Source: Arthrobacter globiformis NBRC 12137 (GTDB taxonomy: Bacteria > Actinomycetota > Actinomycetes > Actinomycetales > Micrococcaceae). From it: a stretch of 32,000 nt of DNA. The translations under genes and the position numbers were made by a program. The stretch lies in assembly GCF_000238915.1 (NCBI RefSeq), contig NZ_BAEG01000047.1:110376-142375 (forward strand). Reading direction: 5' to 3'. Shown here in pieces: positions 8,752-16,916 of the stretch (its first letter is position 1; each line of letters begins with the position of its first letter). The notes under the pieces were generated by a model. It searched no databases. It was not told the DNA's origin and saw only the letters and a program-made list of their open reading frames with translations.

Positions 8752-8815
8752 AGTTCGCCGGAACCGTGCCAGTTCGCCGGAAGGTTCCGGCGAACTGGGA
8801 GGTTTCCGGCGATTT
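8752..8815. promoter_or_regulatory. 64-bp nested dyad: AGTTCGCCGGAA-N7-AGTTCGCCGGAA-GG-TTCCGGCGAACT-N7-TTCCGGCGAttt
   Basis: The core at 8770-8797 is a perfect 13-2-13 palindrome (CAGTTCGCCGGAA GG TTCCGGCGAACTG). An identical 12-mer lies 19 bp to the left and a 9/12 copy lies 19 bp to the right. Confidence 0.6.
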
Positions 8816-8851
8816 CGACGGCGGGGACGCGGCGCAAAGTAGAATGGACCG

Positions 8852-9796
8852 GTGATGCAATCCCCCCTTCCCGTGCGCGACGGCGTGAACGCGACCCGCC
8901 TGCGCCTCCCGGACGAGGGCCCCTGGGACACCGCAATGGACTACATGATGCACCGTTGGGGCCACATCGACCCCCAGGGCATCGAGGACCGGTTCGACGC
9001 CGGCGAGATCGTGGGCGAGGGTGGCATCCCCCTGCACCGCGGCACCAGGCTCGAGGACCATACCTTCATCTGGTACTACCGCACGCTCCCGCCGGAAACC
9101 CGGCTGCCCGTGGAGCTGAACATCCTGCACCAGGACGAACACATCCTGGTGGTGGACAAGCCGCACTTCCTCCCCACCACGCCCGGTGGAACGTATATCC
9201 AGGAGTCGGCGCTGGTCCGGCTCCGGAATCAGCTGGACCTGCCGGATCTGATTCCCATGCACCGCCTGGACCGGATGACCGCGGGCATCCTCCTGCTCTC
9301 GACCAACCCCGAGACGCGGGGAAAGTACCAGGTGCTGTTCGAGAAGCGCCAGGTCCAGAAGGAATACGAGTGTGTGTCCGCCGCCGAACCGGCTGCCGGG
9401 CATCCCGCCGTCGAATTTCCGGTGGTGGTCCGCAACCGGATGACGAAATCCCGCAGCTATCTTCTGGCGGAGGTCATCGACGGCGAGCCGAATGCGGAGA
9501 CCCGCATCGACCTGCTGCGGACGTTCGACGCCGGAACTCCGGCAGGTGCCCCGGGTCGCCTGGGCCTCTACCGGCTCGAACCGCATTCCGGTAAAACCCA
9601 CCAGCTCAGAGTGCACATGGCCTCGCTGGGCCTGGGCATCCTGCACGATTCGTTCTACCCGGAACTGCTGGACAAGGCGCCCGACGATTACACCAGGCCG
9701 CTCCAGTTGCTGGCACGCGGCATCAGGTTCGTGGACCCCATCACGAAGAAACCCGTCGAGTACCGCAGCCGCCTCCAGCTGAGCGAAGTCCGCTAA
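8852..9796 (+). CDS. RluA-family pseudouridine synthase
   Basis: Catalytic motif HRLDRMTAGILLLS and HQLRVHMASLG. The start is GTG 8852 or ATG 8855. TAGAAT at 8840-8845 suggests a leaderless mRNA. Confidence 0.85.
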   Translation: MMQSPLPVRDGVNATRLRLPDEGPWDTAMDYMMHRWGHIDPQGIEDRFDAGEIVGEGGIPLHRGTRLEDHTFIWYYRTLPPETRLPVELNILHQDEHILVVDKPHFLPTTPGGTYIQESALVRLRNQLDLPDLIPMHRLDRMTAGILLLSTNPETRGKYQVLFEKRQVQKEYECVSAAEPAAGHPAVEFPVVVRNRMTKSRSYLLAEVIDGEPNAETRIDLLRTFDAGTPAGAPGRLGLYRLEPHSGKTHQLRVHMASLGLGILHDSFYPELLDKAPDDYTRPLQLLARGIRFVDPITKKPVEYRSRLQLSEVR

Positions 9797-9811
9797 CCGG
9801 AGCAGGGTTCG

Positions 9812-10342
9812 CTAGAAACCACTTTCAAGGACACTCCGGAAGACCGCCACCGTTTCCGGACTGAAGAGCACGAACTCCACCAGCTCCACCCCGCCTTCGG
9901 GAGAGCGGGCGGCATAGGACCGGACGGCGTCAAAGGCCACCTGCGCCACTTGGCGGGCGTCCCAGCCATAGACCCCCGCGCTCACAGCAGGAAAGGCCAG
10001 CGAACGGACCCCCAGGCCCTCGGCAATCCGCAGGCTCTCGGTGAAGCAGGACGCGAGCAGCGCCGGATTGGTCTGCCCCGCGTGGCGGTTGGGACCGACG
10101 GTGTGAATGACCCATTGAGCCTGCAGCCCGTAGCCGGGGGTCGCCACCGCAGCGCCAACAGGCAGGCCGTCCCGGAGTGTCGTTGCCCTCAGCTCGCGGC
10201 AGGCCTCCAGCAGTTCCGGCCCCGCCGCACGGTGGATCGCGCCGTCCACGCCACCGCCGCCCAGCAATGAGGAATTGGCCGCATTCACCACCGCGTCCAC
10301 CGTCCGCCCCGTGATGTCACCCTCAACGATCTCTATCCGCAT
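9812..10342 (-). CDS. Macro-domain protein (O-acetyl-ADP-ribose deacetylase / YmdB-like)
   Basis: 176 aa with VNAANSSLLGGGGVDGAIHRAAG, the macro-domain ADP-ribose binding signature. Confidence 0.85.
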   Translation of the reverse strand: MRIEIVEGDITGRTVDAVVNAANSSLLGGGGVDGAIHRAAGPELLEACRELRATTLRDGLPVGAAVATPGYGLQAQWVIHTVGPNRHAGQTNPALLASCFTESLRIAEGLGVRSLAFPAVSAGVYGWDARQVAQVAFDAVRSYAARSPEGGVELVEFVLFSPETVAVFRSVLESGF

Positions 10343-10423
10343 GCAGCCAGTGTGGCACTCCCATACGGCCAGGCGTAGACGTTCGGCCGGTACAAGGCGC
10401 CGGGCGGGCGGAAGGGGCTTGGC

Positions 10424-10461
10424 CGGCGAACGGCTCGGTCCGGCGAACGGCTCGGTCCGGC
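10424..10461. repeat. 17-bp tandem repeat CGGCGAACGGCTCGGTC x2.2 in a divergent intergenic region
   Basis: Two perfect copies (10424-10440 and 10441-10457) plus CGGC. It contains TCCGGCGAAC, the same 10-mer as the half-site of the 8752-8815 dyad. Confidence 0.8.
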
Positions 10462-10510
10462 ACGGAGGTTTCCCGGCGCGCCCCTTTTGGAGGTGCGGTA
10501 CCTTGTGCAG

Positions 10511-11140
10511 ATGGACTTCGGTAATCCGGACACCTGGAGCACGGCCATCTATTTCTGGATCATTCCTGCTGTCCTCGGCGATGCCATTTTTCCGCCCATC
10601 CCGTCCGAGATGGTCCTGATCACGGGCGGTGCGCTGTCCGCCGAGGGGCGGGCCAACCTGTTTCTGGTCGGCATCCTGTCCGCGGCCGCATCATGGCTGG
10701 GCGACGTGGTGGTGTTCCAGCTGTTCAAGCGGCGGCTGAGCCATATTCTGGACCGCTGGACATGGGGCCGGAAAATCCACCACGGCATCCACGAGGCCAT
10801 CGCCAAGGCGGGCCGTTCCTCCACCTACGGGACCATCATCGGGGCGCGGTTCATCCCCGGAGGCCGGCTCGCCACGTCCGCCGCCGCAGGCATCGCCGAC
10901 GTCTCCACTCCGGGCTTCAACCTGTGTGCCGGGCTGGGGGGTGTCCTGTGGGCTACGTGGCTCGTGGGCCTGGGCTACTTCACGGGCTCCGCCACGCGGC
11001 TGCCCTTCTGGGCGAGTTCGCTGATCGGAGTCGCCGTTGGCCTCGTGATCGGCGCCGTCGTGGGTCTGATCGTGACGCGCCGGCGCGGCGATCGCTCGCC
11101 CGTGGACGAACCAGGCGAGGCGCCCGGCACAGGCAATTAA
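10511..11140 (+). CDS. DedA/VTT-domain membrane protein
   Basis: Motif FPPIPSEMVLITGGAL and several TM segments. The track ORF opens at TTG 10487. ATG 10511 and GTG 10505 follow a GGAGGTG Shine-Dalgarno, so the exact start is uncertain. Confidence 0.75.
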   Translation: MDFGNPDTWSTAIYFWIIPAVLGDAIFPPIPSEMVLITGGALSAEGRANLFLVGILSAAASWLGDVVVFQLFKRRLSHILDRWTWGRKIHHGIHEAIAKAGRSSTYGTIIGARFIPGGRLATSAAAGIADVSTPGFNLCAGLGGVLWATWLVGLGYFTGSATRLPFWASSLIGVAVGLVIGAVVGLIVTRRRGDRSPVDEPGEAPGTGN

Positions 11141-11171
11141 GGCCCGCCCCGCTGAGCCCTGGCCCCAAACC

Positions 11172-11477
11172 CTAGACGGGCGCCCAGCGGCCCCGGCTGC
11201 GGCGGAGCACCGAAAGCGTGCCGGTCAGCGCAACGCGTTCGACGGCGTCGCGCATCACGGCTGCCGACTCCCGGGCAGCGCTGTTCTCACTGCTGTATTC
11301 GGTTGGCTCCACGAGGAACCGCAGGTTCAGCTGCGGCACACCGCCGGCCAGTTCCAGCTGGTGCGATTCCACATGGTGCCGGGACCGCAGCGACTCGACA
11401 GCGTTGTCCATCACGGCTTCGGGAGGGTTGCCCGGCTTCAGCCCGGTGATCTTGAGTCTGGTCTGGAAGGACGGCAT
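11172..11477 (-). CDS. Hypothetical small protein (101 aa), no recognisable family
   Basis: High third-position GC in this frame when read codon by codon. The ATG at 11477 is preceded by a GGGTGGGG purine-rich stretch. There are no motifs I recognise. Confidence 0.5.
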   Translation of the reverse strand: MPSFQTRLKITGLKPGNPPEAVMDNAVESLRSRHHVESHQLELAGGVPQLNLRFLVEPTEYSSENSAARESAAVMRDAVERVALTGTLSVLRRSRGRWAPV

Positions 11478-11649
11478 CACCCCACCCTAGCCCGGGCGCG
11501 AAGGACCCCGCGCGAACGTACAGTTGACGCCCTAAAATCCGGCCCCCGCAGGCCTTATCTGTCCGTTCGGGCCGGGGAGCGGAGGACAGGTATTCGGACG
11601 GTTGCGTTTTGTCTGGCGCGAGCCTATCTTGGCAGGAAGGGGCGCGATT

Positions 11650-11979
11650 ATGCACGAACTCTCTATCACGCAGGGCCTTGTCGACGCCGTTCTCAACCGC
11701 ACAGGCGAACGGACGGTCACGGCGGTCAACCTGCGGATCGGTCCCCTCTCCGGCGTACTGGCTGATGCCGTGCGCTTTTGTTTTGACGTGGCAACGGCCG
11801 GCACTCCGCTGGCCGGCGCGCGGCTGCGCATCGAGGAACCGCAGGGCCGGGCACGGTGCCGCAACTGCCAGGACGAATTTACCCTGAGCGATCTCATCCT
11901 GCTGTGCCCTTGCGGAAGCGCGGACGTCGAAGTCCTCAGCGGCCGCGAGCTCATGCTGATGTCCGTGGAGGTGGCGTAG
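11650..11979 (+). CDS. hypA: Hydrogenase nickel-insertion metallochaperone HypA
   Basis: N-terminal MHE nickel-binding motif (MHELSITQ), zinc site CRNC...CPCG, and GGAAGGGG Shine-Dalgarno upstream. The track ORF opens earlier at 11602. Confidence 0.9.
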   Translation: MHELSITQGLVDAVLNRTGERTVTAVNLRIGPLSGVLADAVRFCFDVATAGTPLAGARLRIEEPQGRARCRNCQDEFTLSDLILLCPCGSADVEVLSGRELMLMSVEVA

Positions 11980-11982
11980 GAA

Positions 11983-12912
11983 ATGTGTACAACATGCGGT
12001 TGCGGCGACGAGGCCGGGACCCGCATTTCAAACCTCGCAGGAGAACTGCAGACACCCGGGCCGGGGTACCTGCACAGCCATAGCGATGAGCACGGGCGCA
12101 CGTACACGCATGAGCACTCCCACCAGCACGCCCACGCCGACTCCCATGACCACCACCACGGGCACGCAGACGGTCACCACCATGCGGATCCGGGCACGGA
12201 GACCATCCTGCTCGAGCAGAACCTGCTGGCCAAGAATGACCTGCTGGCCGCCACGAACCGCGGCTGGCTTGCGGGCCGGGGGGTCCGCGCGTTCAACGTC
12301 ATGAGTTCACCCGGTGCCGGCAAGACCACCCTGCTGGTCCGCACCCTGGCGGAGCTTGGCGGGCGCCTGAAAGCGGGCGTCATCGAGGGGGACCAGGAGA
12401 CGTCCCTCGACGCGGACCGCATCCGGGCCACGGGGCGCCCGGTCATCCAGATCAACACCGGAGCCGGCTGCCATCTCGACGCCGGGATGCTGCGGCACGG
12501 CCTCGATGCACTGTCCCCGGAGGCGGGCTCCACGGTCTTCATCGAAAATGTGGGCAACCTCGTCTGCCCCGCGCTTTTTGACCTTGGTGAAACAGCCAAG
12601 GTGGTGATCGTTTCGGTAACGGAAGGTGATGACAAACCCCAGAAATACCCCCACATGTTCATGGCAGCCGACCTCGTGATCGTCAACAAGTCGGACCTGC
12701 TCCCCTACGTCGACTTTGACGTCGACGAGTGCCTGCGACGCATCCGGCAGATCAATCCGCGGGCCGAATTCCTCACGCTGTCCGCCACCACCGGCGAAGG
12801 CCTCGCCGACTGGTACGGCTGGCTCGACGGCGCCACCTCCCCAGCGGCGGCGCCCACCCCCGGGGCAGCCCGGTCAGAATCCCTGACCGGCTCCCTGACA
12901 GAAGCACACTGA
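11983..12912 (+). CDS. hypB: Hydrogenase nickel-incorporation GTPase HypB with a His-rich insert
   Basis: N-terminal CTTCGC (CxxCGC) high-affinity metal site, 16 His in residues 31-67, and P-loop SSPGAGKTTL. Confidence 0.92.
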   Translation: MCTTCGCGDEAGTRISNLAGELQTPGPGYLHSHSDEHGRTYTHEHSHQHAHADSHDHHHGHADGHHHADPGTETILLEQNLLAKNDLLAATNRGWLAGRGVRAFNVMSSPGAGKTTLLVRTLAELGGRLKAGVIEGDQETSLDADRIRATGRPVIQINTGAGCHLDAGMLRHGLDALSPEAGSTVFIENVGNLVCPALFDLGETAKVVIVSVTEGDDKPQKYPHMFMAADLVIVNKSDLLPYVDFDVDECLRRIRQINPRAEFLTLSATTGEGLADWYGWLDGATSPAAAPTPGAARSESLTGSLTEAH

Positions 12913-12942
12913 GCTCCGCAAGGGGCACTGAAAGAGGCAACG

Positions 12943-14001
12943 ATGCCTACGGAAACTTCCCTTAAGGCCGAAGAAGCCCTCATCCACGTGCTGTGGATCA
13001 ATGCAGGGCTCAGTTGTGACGGCGACTCGGTCGCCCTGACAGCGGCCACCCAGCCGAGCGTCGAGGAAATCGCCCTCGGCGCGCTGCCCGGCCTGCCGAA
13101 GATCGCCATGCACTGGCCACTGATCGACTTTGAATGCGGTCCGCAGGAAGGGGCCGACGATTTCCTGGAATGGTTCCGCAAGGCGGACCGGGGCGAACTG
13201 GAACCGTTCGTGCTGGTGGTCGAGGGATCCATCCCCAACGAGAAACTCCATGAACCCGGCGGCTACTGGTGCGGGTTCGGCAACGACCTCGAGACCGGCC
13301 AGCCCATAACCACCAGCGAATGGCTGGACCGTCTCGCACCCAAGGCCACCGCCATTATCGCCGCCGGAACCTGCGCCACTTACGGCGGCATCCATGCCAT
13401 GGCAGGCAACCCGACCGGCGCCATGGGCGTGCCGGACTACCTCGGCTACGACTGGAAGTCCAAGGCCGGCATTCCCATTGTCTGCGTGCCCGGATGCCCG
13501 ATCCAGCCCGACAACCTGTCCGAAACCATGACTTACCTGCTGTACCAGGCCACGGGCCAGGCGCCAATGATTCCGCTGGACGAGGCACTGCGGCCCACAT
13601 GGCTGTTCGGCAAGACGGTCCATGAGGGCTGCGACCGGGCCGGCTACTACGAGCAGGGTGACTTCGCCACCGAGTACGGTTCCCCCAAGTGCATCGTCAA
13701 GCTCGGCTGCTGGGGTCCAGTGGTGAAATGCAACGTTCCCAAGCGCGGTTGGATGAACGGCATCGGCGGCTGCCCGAACGTCGGCGGCATCTGCATCGGC
13801 TGCACCATGCCGGGCTTCCCGGACAAGTTCATGCCCTTCATGGATGAACCTCCCGGCGGAAAGTTTTCCACGAGCACCATCCGGCCCTACGGCTCCGCCA
13901 TCCGGGCGCTGAGGGGCATCACCACGCACACGCTGGACCAGGAGCCCAAGTGGCGCCGGCCCGGAACCGAGCTCCTCACCGGGGCCAGGCGCACCTGGTA
14001 G
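12943..14001 (+). CDS. hhyS: [NiFe]-hydrogenase small subunit, group 1h (actinobacterial/high-affinity type), no Tat signal
   Basis: 352 aa. The N-terminus lacks RRxF and leads straight into VLWINAGLSCDGDS (the CxGC-equivalent motif with Asp). Multiple Cys clusters follow (CPIQPD, GCWGPVVKCN, GGICIGC). It lies directly upstream of the large subunit. Confidence 0.9.
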   Translation: MPTETSLKAEEALIHVLWINAGLSCDGDSVALTAATQPSVEEIALGALPGLPKIAMHWPLIDFECGPQEGADDFLEWFRKADRGELEPFVLVVEGSIPNEKLHEPGGYWCGFGNDLETGQPITTSEWLDRLAPKATAIIAAGTCATYGGIHAMAGNPTGAMGVPDYLGYDWKSKAGIPIVCVPGCPIQPDNLSETMTYLLYQATGQAPMIPLDEALRPTWLFGKTVHEGCDRAGYYEQGDFATEYGSPKCIVKLGCWGPVVKCNVPKRGWMNGIGGCPNVGGICIGCTMPGFPDKFMPFMDEPPGGKFSTSTIRPYGSAIRALRGITTHTLDQEPKWRRPGTELLTGARRTW

Positions 14002-14029
14002 TCCACCCAATTCCAGACAGGCGAAGACA

Positions 14030-15823
14030 ATGACGTCCACAATTCCCATGGGTTCCGGAGGCGGAACGGGCAACAACAACCTGGTGGAGATGAACTGGGA
14101 CCCCATCACCAGGATCGTTGGCAGCCTCGGCATCTACACCAAGATCGATTTCGAGAACAACCAAGTCGTGGAATGCAAGAGCACGTCCTCGATCTTCCGT
14201 GGCTACTCCCTGTTCATGAAAGGCAAGGACCCGAGGGACGCCCACTTCATCACCAGCCGCATCTGCGGGATCTGCGGCGACAACCACGCCACCTGCTCCT
14301 GCTACACGCAAAACATGGCCTACGGCGTCAAACCGCCGAACCTGGGCGAATGGATCGTCAACCTGGGCGAAGCCGCCGAGTACATGTTCGACCACAACAT
14401 CTTCCAGGAGAACCTCGTCGGCGTGGACTACTGCGAAAGGATGGTCTCCGAAACCAACCCCGGCGTCCTGGCCAAAGCCGAGAACACCAGGGCACCGCAC
14501 GAGGCCGACCACGGCTACCGGACCATCGCCGACATCATGCGCTCGCTGAATCCGTTCACCGGCGAGTTCTACCGGGAGGCGCTGCAGGTCAGCCGCGCCA
14601 CCCGGGAGATGTTCTGTCTCATGGAGGGCCGCCACGTGCACCCCTCCACGCTCTATCCGGGCGGCGTGGGGACGGTGGCCACCATCCAGCTGATGACGGA
14701 CTACCTCACCCGGCTGATGCGCTACGTCGAGTTCATGAAGAAGGTCGTCCCGATGCACGACGACCTGTTCGATTTCTTCTACGAGGCGCTGCCCGGCTAC
14801 GAGCAGGTGGGTCTGCGCCGCACGCTGCTGGGCTGCTGGGGATCGCTGCAGGACCCGGACTACTGCAACTTCGAGTACAAGGACATGACCGAGTGGGGCC
14901 GGAAGATGTTCGTCACCCCGGGCGTGGTGGTGGACGGCAAGCTGGTCACCACTGACCTGGTGCGCATCAACCTGGGCCTGCGGATCATGCTGGGCTCCTC
15001 GTACTACGAGGACTGGGAAGACCAGGAAATGTTCGTCACCCACGACCCCCTGGGCAACCCGGTGGACCGCAGGCATCCCTGGAACCAGCACACCAACCCG
15101 CGCCCTCAGAAGCGCGACCTTTCGGACAAGTACAGCTGGGTCATGTCCCCGCGCTGGTTCGACGGCGAGAACAACCTCGCCCTGGACACCGGCGGCGGCC
15201 CGCTGGCACGGCTCTGGGCCACGGCGCTCGCCGGACTCGTGGACATCGGCTACCTCAAGGCCACCGGCAGGAGCGTCCAGATCAACCTGCCCAAAACCGC
15301 GCTGAAGGGACCCGTCACGTTCGAGTGGAACATCCCGCAGTGGAGCAACACGCTCGAACGCAACCGCGCCCGCACCTACTTCCAGGCCTACGCCGCGGCG
15401 GCCGCGCTGCACTTCGCGGAAAAGGCCCTCGAGGAAATCCGGGCCGGCCGCACCAAGACGTGGGAAACCTTCGAGGTCCCGGATGAAGGCATCGGCTGCG
15501 GTTTCACCGAGGCGGTCCGCGGGGTCCTGTCCCACCACATGGTGATCCGCGACGGCAAGATCGCCAACTACCACCCCTACCCGCCCACCCCTTGGAACGC
15601 CAGCCCCACCGACTCCAGCGGCGTGGCCGGCCCCTATGAGGACGCGGTTCAGGGGCAGCCGATTTTCGAGGAGAACGACCGGGAGCATTTCAAGGGCATC
15701 GACATCATGCGCACCGTCCGCAGCTTCGACCCCTGCCTGCCGTGCGGCGTCCACATGTACCTGGGCAACGGGCAGACGCTGGATATGCTGCACTCCCCCA
15801 CCCAGACCCTGACCGGCGAGTAG
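14030..15823 (+). CDS. hhyL: [NiFe]-hydrogenase large subunit, group 1h
   Basis: L1 motif TSRICGICGDNHA (14258-14290) and L2 motif SFDPCLPCGVH (15722-15754) match the published group 5/1h signatures. A 22-aa C-terminal extension follows the His, the substrate for endopeptidase cleavage. Confidence 0.93.
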   Translation: MTSTIPMGSGGGTGNNNLVEMNWDPITRIVGSLGIYTKIDFENNQVVECKSTSSIFRGYSLFMKGKDPRDAHFITSRICGICGDNHATCSCYTQNMAYGVKPPNLGEWIVNLGEAAEYMFDHNIFQENLVGVDYCERMVSETNPGVLAKAENTRAPHEADHGYRTIADIMRSLNPFTGEFYREALQVSRATREMFCLMEGRHVHPSTLYPGGVGTVATIQLMTDYLTRLMRYVEFMKKVVPMHDDLFDFFYEALPGYEQVGLRRTLLGCWGSLQDPDYCNFEYKDMTEWGRKMFVTPGVVVDGKLVTTDLVRINLGLRIMLGSSYYEDWEDQEMFVTHDPLGNPVDRRHPWNQHTNPRPQKRDLSDKYSWVMSPRWFDGENNLALDTGGGPLARLWATALAGLVDIGYLKATGRSVQINLPKTALKGPVTFEWNIPQWSNTLERNRARTYFQAYAAAAALHFAEKALEEIRAGRTKTWETFEVPDEGIGCGFTEAVRGVLSHHMVIRDGKIANYHPYPPTPWNASPTDSSGVAGPYEDAVQGQPIFEENDREHFKGIDIMRTVRSFDPCLPCGVHMYLGNGQTLDMLHSPTQTLTGE

Positions 15824-15826
15824 GCC

Positions 15827-16915
15827 ATGCCCGGCGGGGACCGGCCGCCGCTGCAGAACGGCGACCAGATCGGCACACTCCTCGACGCCCTCGGCGCCGG
15901 CGGGGCGGTGGCCCGCGGCCGGGCCGAGGACCTGGTCCGGCAGGTGACAGACCTCTACGGCGCCGGACTGCAGCGGATCATGGAGATCCTGCAGGACCAC
16001 GGAAAGCTCGACGACGCCACGCTGGAAGCGCTGACCGCTGACAGCCTGGTGGCCGGCCTCCTGGTCATCCACGGACTGCACCCCCATTCGATGGAGGCAC
16101 GGGTGGCGGCGGCACTGGACAGCGTCCGGCCCTACCTGGGATCGCACGGCGGTGACGTGGAACTGGAGGGCATCAGCCCCGACGGCGTGGTGCGGCTCAA
16201 GCTGCTGGGCACCTGCCAGGGGTGCCCGTCGTCGTCCGTCACCCTTAAGTACGCCGTTGAGGAAGCCATCCAGAACGCCGCCCCGGAAGTGACGGCCATC
16301 GACGTCGTCGAGGCGGAAAAGCAGCCGGGTGCACCGGCGCTGATTCCGGTGGACTCGCTGCTGGTCCGGGTGAACAATCCGGCGGGCGGAACGCCCGCGG
16401 AATCCTGGCACGACATGTCCGGCGGCACCTGGGAGCCGCTTCCGGAGGTCGCCGGGCTCGAAGCCGGCGAGGTGGCGGGTTTCCTGGTCGGCGGCTATCC
16501 GGTGCTGGCCTGCCGCACCGGTCAGGACATCTACGCCTACCGGGACTATTGCCCGCGCTGCACCGGCTCTATGGCCGGCGCCGTACTGCAGCGCGCGCTC
16601 GCGGCACCGGTCGGCGGGGGCCTGCTGCGCTGCCCCACCTGCCGTGGCCACTTCGACGTTAGGCGCGCCGGCGCCTGCCTCGAGGACAAGGACCTGCACC
16701 TGGAGCCGCTGCCGCTGCTGGTCCGGAACGGAGTCATGTCCGTGGCGGTTCCGACGGTGTCCGTGCAGTCCGCGCCGTTGCCGGCTCCACCGGTACCGGC
16801 AGCCCCGGCCGAGGTGACGCCGGTACAGGCACTCCCGCTGGTGACGCCGGCCGGCGTCGGGGTCCCGGCGGCGCAAGCCCCGGCGTTGCAGGCAGCCGCG
16901 GGACAGGACAGCTGA
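15827..16915 (+). CDS. NifU-C domain + Rieske-fold-like 4-Cys module + Pro/Ala-rich tail; probable HhyE-like Fe-S partner protein
   Basis: Nfu motif LLGTCQGCPSSSVTLK, then CPRC (C242/C245) and CPTC (C269/C272) in a Rieske-like context, then a ~50-aa P/A/V tail. It starts 3 nt after the hhyL stop. Confidence 0.75.
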   Translation: MPGGDRPPLQNGDQIGTLLDALGAGGAVARGRAEDLVRQVTDLYGAGLQRIMEILQDHGKLDDATLEALTADSLVAGLLVIHGLHPHSMEARVAAALDSVRPYLGSHGGDVELEGISPDGVVRLKLLGTCQGCPSSSVTLKYAVEEAIQNAAPEVTAIDVVEAEKQPGAPALIPVDSLLVRVNNPAGGTPAESWHDMSGGTWEPLPEVAGLEAGEVAGFLVGGYPVLACRTGQDIYAYRDYCPRCTGSMAGAVLQRALAAPVGGGLLRCPTCRGHFDVRRAGACLEDKDLHLEPLPLLVRNGVMSVAVPTVSVQSAPLPAPPVPAAPAEVTPVQALPLVTPAGVGVPAAQAPALQAAAGQDS

Positions 16916-16916
16916 C

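Noticed and set aside
11481-11649. A NikR/Nur-type nickel operator or a structured ncRNA upstream of hypA
   Set aside because: I found only short GC stems, with no GTATGA-N16-TCATAC-like or other recognisable dyad. The evidence is insufficient.
12943-13030. A Tat signal peptide on the hydrogenase small subunit, which would mean a periplasmic uptake hydrogenase of groups 1a-1g
   Set aside because: There is no RRxFxK motif and no hydrophobic h-region. The first Fe-S ligand motif begins by residue 25, consistent with group 1h.
12874-14133. A 419-aa ORF antisense to hhyS. The same applies to 22086-23102 antisense to the SBP gene, 5771-6946 antisense to the MocR gene and 8705-9646 antisense to rluA.
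   Set aside because: All are long stop-free antisense frames expected at this GC content, and each overlaps a gene with clear family motifs.
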